Shown piece by piece: positions 1 through 6,558 of a stretch of 63,063 nucleotides of DNA (the first letter of the stretch is position 1; every line of letters starts with the position of its first letter). The notes beneath the pieces were generated by a model. The model ran no database searches, was not told where the DNA came from, and worked only from the letters and a program-made list of their open reading frames with translations. The stretch comes from an uncultured Planctomycetales bacterium (GTDB lineage: Bacteria; Omnitrophota; Gorgyraeia; Zapsychrales; GWA2-47-8): assembly GCA_964364715.1 (NCBI GenBank), contig CAYING010000001.1:33454-96516 (forward strand), read 5' to 3'. A program made the translations under genes and the position numbers.

Positions 1-55
1 TTATCCCAATTTCATCTGATGGTTAGTTGGGATTTATATAAGGAAAATTGGGATG
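1..55 (+). repeat. Diverged, window-truncated copy of the start-codon-fused leader element (family also at 33450-33546 and 34570-34666)
   Basis: Shares TTATCCCAATT (1-11), GTTGGGA (26-32) and GGAAAATTGGGATG (42-55) with the 97-nt copies. ATG 53-55 is the start of the next CDS. Confidence 0.6.
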
Positions 56-1138
56 AAAAATACTGGGTTTGTAAAAAAAGTATCCGTTGATTCATTGTCT
101 GCGCCGCTGATCCAGCCGTTCCGTACCGCCCTGGGCGAGCATGATACGATGGAAAATGTCCTGTTTACACTTGAGCTTGAGGACGGAACCAAAGGGTTCG
201 GCGAGGCGGCGATCGCCACACACATTACCGGTGAAACGGTTTTAGGAACGATCGAGAATTTAAAATCGTTCGGCAGCCGGTTGATCGGTGAGGATATTTC
301 GGATTATCTGCGGATTTCCTGTATGTTGAACGAACAGTTCGCGAAGAACAAGGCGGCGGTCGCCGCGGTTGAGATGAGCGCTCTGGACGTTTTGACCAGA
401 CAATGGAAGATTCCGTTATGGAAATTGTTCGGCAGCCGTCCGCAAAAATTGATCACGGATATTACGGTTGTCATCGCTTCTCTGCCGGAAACCGAGGACG
501 CGGTCAGGCGGTTTCTCCGTCAAGGGTTCCGCACCTTCAAAGTGAAGATCGGGTGTGACCAGGATGAAGATTTCAAGCGGGTCTTGAGCGTGCGGCGCCT
601 GGCTCGGTATTCGAAAATTATTTTGGACGCGAACCAGGGTTATTCCGCCGATGAGACGTTAAGTTTTTTGAAAAGGCTCGACCGCTCCGGCATCCGTCCG
701 GCGCTGATCGAACAGCCGGTCCCGAAAGAGGATTGGGACGGGTTGAAAAGGGTCAGCAAGTCCACCCGGATCCCGGTCGGCGCGGATGAAAGCATTTCAT
801 CGGTGGCGCAGACGGTCAAGGCGATCCGCGAAAAGGCTGTTACGGCGATCAATATAAAATTGATGAAATCCGGGATCATTCAGGCGCGTGAGATCGCGGT
901 GTTGGCAAGATCTGCCGGGATAAAACTGATGATCGGCGGGATGATGGAAAGTTCGCTGGCGATGACCGCGTCCGCGCATTTGGCGTCGGGTTTGGGCTGT
1001 TTTGACTTTATTGATCTGGACACGCCGTTTTTTATTAAACCCGGTTTTGACCAGAACCCTTATCTGAGTAAGAACGGCGTCTACGATGTCCGGCGGGTGA
1101 GGGCGGGGATAGGGATAGTACCAAAGGTCAAAAGTTAA
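53..1138 (+). CDS. Enolase-superfamily dipeptide (L-Ala-D/L-Glu) epimerase
   Basis: 361-aa ORF with MR/MLE motifs FKVKIG (KxK), DANQGY, IEQP, GADES and NIKLMKSG. Confidence 0.8.
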   Translation: MKNTGFVKKVSVDSLSAPLIQPFRTALGEHDTMENVLFTLELEDGTKGFGEAAIATHITGETVLGTIENLKSFGSRLIGEDISDYLRISCMLNEQFAKNKAAVAAVEMSALDVLTRQWKIPLWKLFGSRPQKLITDITVVIASLPETEDAVRRFLRQGFRTFKVKIGCDQDEDFKRVLSVRRLARYSKIILDANQGYSADETLSFLKRLDRSGIRPALIEQPVPKEDWDGLKRVSKSTRIPVGADESISSVAQTVKAIREKAVTAINIKLMKSGIIQAREIAVLARSAGIKLMIGGMMESSLAMTASAHLASGLGCFDFIDLDTPFFIKPGFDQNPYLSKNGVYDVRRVRAGIGIVPKVKS

Positions 1139-1252
1139 AAGTCAAAAGTGAAAAGTGATGTGTTTCTTCGCAATCTTGAATGTCAGCGTTCCGCAGGAAC
1201 ACTTTACTTTTGACCTTTGACTTTTCACTTTTGACTTCTAACTTTTGACTTT
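1123..1252. repeat. MITE-like inverted repeat built from AAAAGTS heptamers
   Basis: Arm 1123-1155 is the reverse complement of arm 1221-1252, with one mismatch and one bulge over about 32 nt and a 65-nt spacer. It fills the whole intergenic gap and contains the TAA (1136-1138) of the upstream CDS. Confidence 0.85.
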
Positions 1253-1255
1253 ATT

Positions 1256-2425
1256 ATGATTAAGCATCCTTTATTAATTGTTTGCATTCTCTTATCCATC
1301 GAGCTCCTCGTCCTCTGGGTCTCGAATCAATCCCGTTTTAAGCGGTATTTTAAGTTCCTTCCGGCGTTGTTCTGGATCTATTTTCTGCCGATGGTCGTTT
1401 CGACGATCGGTTTGATCGACCCCAAAAGCCCGATCTATCAAATGATCACGGCGCATTTTTTGCCGGCGAGTTTATTTTTACTTTTGATCACGGTGGATGT
1501 TAAAGCGATCCTGCGGTTGGGGCCGACGGCGTTGATTATGTTTTTTGCCGGAAGTTTGGGGGTGATCATCGGCGCGTCGCTGGTTTTCTGGATTTTTAAA
1601 GATTGGGTGGGGGTGGAGTTTTGGAGCGGGTTCGGCGCGTTGGCCGGATCTTGGACAGGCGGAAGCGCTAATATGATCGCGGTCAAGGAGGCGCTCGGGA
1701 CGCCGGATGCTGTGTTTTTACCGATGGTGATCGTGGATACGGTCGTTCCGTATGTCTGGATGGGATTTTTGGTCGCGATGTCTTCCGCTCAGCCGCTTTA
1801 TGACCGGTGGAACGGTTCCGACCGGAGGATCCTGGACGAATTGAAAGAGCGGATGGAAAAATTTCATTCCAAAAAGGTCCAATGGCATTTTGGGATGGTT
1901 GTGATGATCGCCGGGCTGGGTCTTGTGGGCAGCTTTTGCGCGCAATTTATCGCGAAATTTTTTCCGGTGATCAAAGAGGTGGTTTCTCCTTATGCCTGGA
2001 CGATCATCATCGTTTCCAGCTTGGCGATTATCCTGTCGTTCACTAAAGCGAAAAAATTGGAACATTTTGGATCGACAAAGATCGGTTATTGTTTATTATA
2101 CTTTGTGCTTACTTCGATCGGCGCGAAGGCAAGCTTAAAGGATTTTAATTCAACTTTGGTTTTGATCCTCGCCGGTTTTATGATCGCGCTTATTCACGCG
2201 GGAGTGCTGGTCGCGGCATCCCGCTGGCTGAAGGCCCCGATGTTTTTGGTCGCGGCGGCAAGCCAGGCGAATCTCGGCGGGGTCGCTTCCGCTCCGATCG
2301 TGGCTGAATTGTATCAGCGCGGATTTGCTTCGGTCGGATTGTTGATGGCAATCCTGGGGAATATCATCGGTACCTACCTGGGGATCCTTTCCGGGCAGAT
2401 CGCCCGGTGGATAGCAGGATTATGA
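1256..2425 (+). CDS. Polytopic membrane protein, DUF819/YjcL-like
   Basis: 389-aa hydrophobic ORF. The GSWTGGSANMIAV motif resembles the DUF819 family. Confidence 0.7.
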   Translation: MIKHPLLIVCILLSIELLVLWVSNQSRFKRYFKFLPALFWIYFLPMVVSTIGLIDPKSPIYQMITAHFLPASLFLLLITVDVKAILRLGPTALIMFFAGSLGVIIGASLVFWIFKDWVGVEFWSGFGALAGSWTGGSANMIAVKEALGTPDAVFLPMVIVDTVVPYVWMGFLVAMSSAQPLYDRWNGSDRRILDELKERMEKFHSKKVQWHFGMVVMIAGLGLVGSFCAQFIAKFFPVIKEVVSPYAWTIIIVSSLAIILSFTKAKKLEHFGSTKIGYCLLYFVLTSIGAKASLKDFNSTLVLILAGFMIALIHAGVLVAASRWLKAPMFLVAAASQANLGGVASAPIVAELYQRGFASVGLLMAILGNIIGTYLGILSGQIARWIAGL

Positions 2426-2431
2426 GTTTTG

Positions 2432-2460
2432 TGGAACGAGGGAGAAAATTTTAGTATAAT
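2432..2460 (+). promoter_or_regulatory. Possible sigma70-type promoter for the NUMOD3 gene
   Basis: TATAAT at 2455-2460 with TGGAAC 17 nt upstream. An AAGGAG SD follows at 2483-2488. Confidence 0.35.
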
Positions 2461-2495
2461 CGGTTAAACCATTAAAAAAACAAAGGAGTGTGTCT

Positions 2496-2738
2496 ATGAC
2501 CAAAAAATTAGCCGAATCAACCAAACGCAAGATCAGCCAGGCCCAGAAGGGGAAGAGCAATTCCATGTACGGCAAACATCACGCGGATTCGACCTGCCGT
2601 GAACTCGCCAAGATCAACACAGGGAAAAATAATCCGATGTTCGGCAAGCGGCATTCCGATGAGACCCGCCGGAAGATCAGTTTGACCAAACGCCGCAAAC
2701 GGACGGAATATTTAAAGAAGGCGGGCATACTTAAATAA
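2496..2738 (+). CDS. Stand-alone NUMOD3-repeat DNA-binding protein (homing-endonuclease DNA-binding module without a nuclease domain)
   Basis: About 2.5 repeats of the pattern S-x-(E/S)T-x-RKIS-x(3)-KGK-x-N-x-M(Y/F)GK-x-H. ATG 2496 lies 7 nt after AAGGAG. The ORF track starts at GTG 2490. Confidence 0.7.
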   Translation: MTKKLAESTKRKISQAQKGKSNSMYGKHHADSTCRELAKINTGKNNPMFGKRHSDETRRKISLTKRRKRTEYLKKAGILK

Positions 2739-2851
2739 GTGAAAAGTCAAAAAGCAAAAGTCAAAAGTACAAGGCAAAAGTCAAAAGTTTAGAGTCGCGT
2801 CAGCGACACCGCACTTGTGACCTTTCACTTTTAACCTGCCTGCCGGCAGGC
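2737..2851. repeat. Second AAAAGTC-heptamer structured repeat plus a 14-nt perfect palindrome
   Basis: GCAAAAGTCAAAAGT is directly repeated at 2754-2768 and 2774-2788. Imperfect inverted arms lie at 2737-2754 and 2814-2830. There is a small hairpin GTCGC/GCGAC at 2794-2807 and the palindrome GCCTGCCGGCAGGC at 2838-2851. Confidence 0.8.
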
Positions 2852-2865
2852 TTTTGAGTTCTTTT

Positions 2866-3513
2866 ATGGGTAAACTAATTTTAGTCATCGGCAACAAGAA
2901 TTATTCCTCGTGGTCGATGCGTCCGTGGGTGCTTTTGACGCATTTTAAGATCCCGTTCCGGGAAATACTGATCCCGCTGTTTGCGCCGGGAAGCAAGGAA
3001 AAGATCCTTGCGCATTCTTCTGCCGGTAAGGTCCCTGTTCTGAAGGATGGAAAAGTGACTGTCTGGGAATCTTTGGCGATCTGTGAATATCTCGCTGAGA
3101 AATTTCCCAAGAAGGATCTTTGGCCCCAAGACCGCGCCGCCCGGGCCGCGGCGCGCGCCGTGAGTTCGGAGATGCACGCCGGGTTCGGCAACCTGCGCAA
3201 AGCTTGTCCGATGAATGTCATAGCCAATAGACCTTTGGCCGAAATTCCGCCGGATGTCAAAAAAGATGTCGCGCGTATTCAGTCTCTTTGGGAAGACTGC
3301 CGCAAGCGTTTCGGCAAAGGAGGAGATTTTCTGTTTGGAAAATTTTCCATCGCGGACGCGATGTATGCGCCGGTCGTCTGGCGGTTCAAAACGCACGGGA
3401 TAGCGTGTTCGGGGGCGGCCCAGAAATATTTTGAATCGATGCTTCAGCTTCCAGCCATGAAGGAGTGGGAGAAAGCGGCGATCGCTGAACCGTACGTGAT
3501 CGAGCATCGCTAA
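2866..3513 (+). CDS. Glutathione S-transferase family protein
   Basis: N-terminal thioredoxin-like GST pattern (NYSSWSMRPW, GKVPVL, ESLAICEYL). TTG 2854 is an alternative start. Confidence 0.8.
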   Translation: MGKLILVIGNKNYSSWSMRPWVLLTHFKIPFREILIPLFAPGSKEKILAHSSAGKVPVLKDGKVTVWESLAICEYLAEKFPKKDLWPQDRAARAAARAVSSEMHAGFGNLRKACPMNVIANRPLAEIPPDVKKDVARIQSLWEDCRKRFGKGGDFLFGKFSIADAMYAPVVWRFKTHGIACSGAAQKYFESMLQLPAMKEWEKAAIAEPYVIEHR

Positions 3514-3594
3514 TACTGCGTTACCTAAATTTTATTTTAGAGGAGCGCAGTATTGTACCGTGTTCTTCTGACTATAATTTAGGTAACACGGTAC
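3514..3594 (+). repeat. 81-nt twin-hairpin element (inverted copy at 18866-18947)
   Basis: Hairpins TACTGCG/CGCAGTA (3514-3552) and GTACCGTG/CACGGTAC (3555-3594). The loops carry perfectly complementary 11-mers TTACCTAAATT (3521-3531) and AATTTAGGTAA (3576-3586). Confidence 0.85.
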
Positions 3595-3613
3595 GAACAA
3601 TAGCGAAGGTATT

Positions 3614-4033
3614 ATGAAAAGATTATTTTGGGCCGGATTATTTCTTGCGGTGAACACCGGCTGCGTGCCTCTTTTGGCCGGAGCCGGTGTGGCATCGTCC
3701 ACGGCTGCCGGTAAGAAGACCCCGGCCCAAGCGGTCGAGGCCAATAAAAAAAGTTTGAAAAATTTAAGTTACGGGATCAGCCGGAATTTTGTTGAGGAGG
3801 TGATGGGGACAAAACCTCTTAAGGCGTATCGGGACACTGCGGCGATCGTGATCGAAAACCCGTATCAGAGCGAGAATTTTTCTCACGGGCAGAAGGCGTA
3901 TGAAGTCTTGTATTACGCGACGGACGTGGTGACCGATGATGATAAGTTTGACGCGGCGGAGTTAACGCCTTTAGTTTTTCAGGACGGTATTTTGATCGGT
4001 TGGGGCTGGGATGCCTACAACAAATTACGCTAA
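3614..4033 (+). CDS. Lipoprotein, DUF3192-like
   Basis: Lipobox LAVNTGC. The C-terminal pattern (NPY-SE, YEVLYY, TPLVFQDGILIGWG) resembles DUF3192. Confidence 0.6.
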   Translation: MKRLFWAGLFLAVNTGCVPLLAGAGVASSTAAGKKTPAQAVEANKKSLKNLSYGISRNFVEEVMGTKPLKAYRDTAAIVIENPYQSENFSHGQKAYEVLYYATDVVTDDDKFDAAELTPLVFQDGILIGWGWDAYNKLR

Positions 4034-4066
4034 ATTATGATTCAACCGCAGGTTAATCTTAAGAAA

Positions 4067-4084
4067 GCCCCGCTATAGCGGGGC
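4067..4084 (+). terminator. GC hairpin after the DUF3192 gene
   Basis: GCCCCGC-TATA-GCGGGGC with no U-tract, so terminator function is uncertain. Confidence 0.35.
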
Positions 4085-4096
4085 AGGGAGACTGCA

Positions 4097-4486
4097 GTGG
4101 CCAAGAAAATCATCAAAGTGAAGAACGCGCCTCAGCCCATCGGCCCGTATAACCAGGCTGTGGTGATCAATAATTTGGTTTACACCGCAGGACAGATCCC
4201 GATCGATCCGAAGACCGGGGAGCTTATCGGCGGGGGGATCGCCGAACAGACCCGCCGGGCCTTAACGAATTTGAAAGCGGTTTTGGAAGAATCCGGATCG
4301 TCGCTGGATTCGATCATCAAGGCGACCGTCTTTTTAAAGAACATGAATGATTTTGCGGGGATGAATGCGGTCTACGGCGAATTCATCAAGATCGAAACCG
4401 CGCCGGCCCGTTCGACGATCGAAGCGGCCCGGTTACCGAAGGATTCTTTGGTAGAAATTGAAGCAGTCGCAGAAGTGAAATCTTAA
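4097..4486 (+). CDS. ridA: RidA/YjgF family reactive-intermediate deaminase
   Basis: IGPYNQAV, YTAGQIP, ATVFL-NM-DFA-MN-VY and PARST motifs. GTG start. Confidence 0.85.
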   Translation: MAKKIIKVKNAPQPIGPYNQAVVINNLVYTAGQIPIDPKTGELIGGGIAEQTRRALTNLKAVLEESGSSLDSIIKATVFLKNMNDFAGMNAVYGEFIKIETAPARSTIEAARLPKDSLVEIEAVAEVKS

Positions 4487-4500
4487 ATCTCGGAGGGACT

Positions 4501-5106
4501 ATGAAATCCACATCATTTGCCGTATTGTGTGCGTTAATATTATTCAGCGCCGGATGTTCCACCACCAAGGTCGAACGTGTCCCGGTGGATCAACAGGTTG
4601 ACTTAAGCGGACGGTGGAACGACACGGACGCCCGGATGGTCTCGAGCCAAATGATCAAAAATTGCCTGGAAGGGAATTGGATCAGCGCATTCAACAAAAA
4701 GAACGGCCGCGACCCGGTCGTGATCGTCGGTACGGTCGAGAATAAAAGTTCCGAACATATCGAGCCCGCGGTTTTTGTCAAGAGCCTTGAAGCGGATCTG
4801 ATCAATTCCGGCAAGGTCGTATTCGTCGCCTCCAAGGTGGAACGCCCGGAAGTCCGTGACGAACGCGTCGATCAAAACAAGGGCGGCTGGACCGAGCCCG
4901 CGACCATCAAGGCGATCGGCAAAGAGACCGGCGCGGATTTTATGCTGCGCGGAAGCATCCACACCGTGACCGATGATACGAAAGGGAAATATGCGATCCT
5001 GTATCAGGTCAATCTGGAACTGATCGATATGACGACCAATCAGGTCAAATGGATGGACCAGGCCGAACTGAAGAAGATCGTCCAGAAATCCAAATATTCT
5101 TTATAG
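4501..5106 (+). CDS. lpoB: LpoB-like (COG3417) outer-membrane lipoprotein, penicillin-binding protein activator family
   Basis: Lipobox FSAGCS. PVVIVGTVENKSSEHIE and ADFMLRGSI patterns are typical of LpoB/YcfM. Confidence 0.6.
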   Translation: MKSTSFAVLCALILFSAGCSTTKVERVPVDQQVDLSGRWNDTDARMVSSQMIKNCLEGNWISAFNKKNGRDPVVIVGTVENKSSEHIEPAVFVKSLEADLINSGKVVFVASKVERPEVRDERVDQNKGGWTEPATIKAIGKETGADFMLRGSIHTVTDDTKGKYAILYQVNLELIDMTTNQVKWMDQAELKKIVQKSKYSL

Positions 5107-5122
5107 GAATTCCTTTCCCGCC

Positions 5123-6472
5123 ATGCAGAGGAGACTTTATCTGGTTCTGTGCCTGGGACTCTTCTGCTCCTGCGCAACGAAATCTGTCCCGCTTGTCAGC
5201 CAGCCGCAGGTTAATGCGCTCGTCGCCTCCAGCCGTTTTGCTGAAGCGAATAAAAGTTTTCAGAACAAAAGCGCTTACGGCCCCAAAAATGAACTGCTCT
5301 ATCTTCTTGACCGCGGGTTGGTCTCCCAGATTTCCGGCGGCTATGCCGAGAGCATCCAGTATTTCGCGAAAGCCAAGATTAAGATCGATGAACTGTACAC
5401 GAAATCCCTTACCAATTTAGCCGCGACTTGGCTGGTCAATGACACCAACGCCCCGTACCGCGGTGAAGCCTCCGAGCATGTTTGGGTGAATATGTTCCAG
5501 GCGCTTAATTACGCGGCGTTGGGAAATATTTCTGAGGCGCTCGTCGAAGCGCGCGATGTTAACCGCAAACTGACCATCTTGAATGACCTTCATCAGCGTC
5601 AAGGTGATTATGTCTATCGCGACGACGCTTTTGCGCGGCTGTTATCGGGAATCCTTTACGAAAGCAAAAACGACCGGCAGGATTTGAATGACGCGCTGAT
5701 CGCGTACCGCAAGGCCTTGAACGTTTATCGCGACGATTTCCATAAAAACACTTCGGTCGAAATTCCTTATGTCCTTCGCGAAAACATTCTTGCGGCGGCG
5801 CAAGAATTGGGTTTTGAGGAATTTAAAGATTATCAGAGGCAATTCCCTGATGTGAAATTTGTCCCGGTGCCGGAAAAAGAAAAGAAGGCGGTTGTGTATT
5901 TTGTCCATTATAACGGCCTGTCGCCGGTCAAGCACGCCGGCCATATCCCGGTCCCTATACCCGACGGCCCGCTCACGCAGATGGCCTTTCCGAAATACAG
6001 CGAGCGTGATTTTGATATCCGCACGTCAACCATAACGGCGCAGAGAGTGAAGGGGAGCGCGTTTTCGGCGCAGACCGAAGTGATCGCGAATATCGAAGCG
6101 ATCGCCATCCGTCAGCTGGAAGCGGCAAAACATTGGCTGTACGCGAAATCTTTTTTGCGGCCGGCCGGAAAATTCCTTCTGGAAAAAGGTCTGGAAAGTA
6201 AAGTCGAAAGAGAACACGGCGATGGCTCGGGTTGGGCTGTGCGCGGGGCGGCAAGCCTGTATAATCTTTTTTCGGAACAGGCCGACACCCGGAGCTGGCA
6301 GACCTTGCCGGCTGAGGTCCGGATCGCCCGTTTGATCCTTTCTCCGGGCGATTATGAATTACAGGCAGACTTCCGCGGCGGTTCTTCCACACTCATCGAG
6401 TCAAAGAAACTCGGCTCTTTGTCGCTCAAAGCGGGGGAGACCAGGTTCATTATTGTCCGTACGGTCTATTAA
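5123..6472 (+). CDS. Hypothetical lipoprotein (COG3014-like, often adjacent to LpoB-type genes)
   Basis: 449-aa ORF with signal and lipobox LFCSCA. The family assignment is only tentative. Confidence 0.5.
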   Translation: MQRRLYLVLCLGLFCSCATKSVPLVSQPQVNALVASSRFAEANKSFQNKSAYGPKNELLYLLDRGLVSQISGGYAESIQYFAKAKIKIDELYTKSLTNLAATWLVNDTNAPYRGEASEHVWVNMFQALNYAALGNISEALVEARDVNRKLTILNDLHQRQGDYVYRDDAFARLLSGILYESKNDRQDLNDALIAYRKALNVYRDDFHKNTSVEIPYVLRENILAAAQELGFEEFKDYQRQFPDVKFVPVPEKEKKAVVYFVHYNGLSPVKHAGHIPVPIPDGPLTQMAFPKYSERDFDIRTSTITAQRVKGSAFSAQTEVIANIEAIAIRQLEAAKHWLYAKSFLRPAGKFLLEKGLESKVEREHGDGSGWAVRGAASLYNLFSEQADTRSWQTLPAEVRIARLILSPGDYELQADFRGGSSTLIESKKLGSLSLKAGETRFIIVRTVY

Positions 6473-6486
6473 GTAGTACTACTTAA
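6469..6486. repeat. 18-nt perfect palindrome TTAAGTAGTACTACTTAA
   Basis: It is self-complementary over all 18 nt and overlaps the TAA stop at 6470-6472. Confidence 0.8.
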
Positions 6487-6518
6487 TATAATATTCCCGC
6501 CATTTCCCTTGTCGCTGG

Positions 6519-6541
6519 GTTTATTCTGGGCTAGAATAAAC
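6519..6541 (+). terminator. Hairpin GTTTATTCT-GGGCT-AGAATAAAC
   Basis: 9-bp perfect stem followed by TCAAATTTC. Confidence 0.4.
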
Positions 6542-6558
6542 TCAAATTTCAGGAATTT

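Noticed and set aside
1123-2851. I asked whether the repeated AAAAGTC/GTCAAAAG units could be a CRISPR array.
   Set aside because: The units are 7 nt, tandem or in inverted arms, and have no regular 25-40-nt repeats separated by unique spacers. No cas genes are present in the window.
2881-3507. Long antisense ORFs lie opposite recognised genes. Examples are 2881-3507(-), 13000-13542(-), 21466-22029(-), 24243-24908(-), 42480-42989(-), 53140-53790(-) and 56329-56817(-).
   Set aside because: Each lies entirely inside a gene with clear family motifs on the other strand. Their translations are Arg/Pro/Gly-rich low-complexity sequences typical of antisense frames, and none has an SD or start context.
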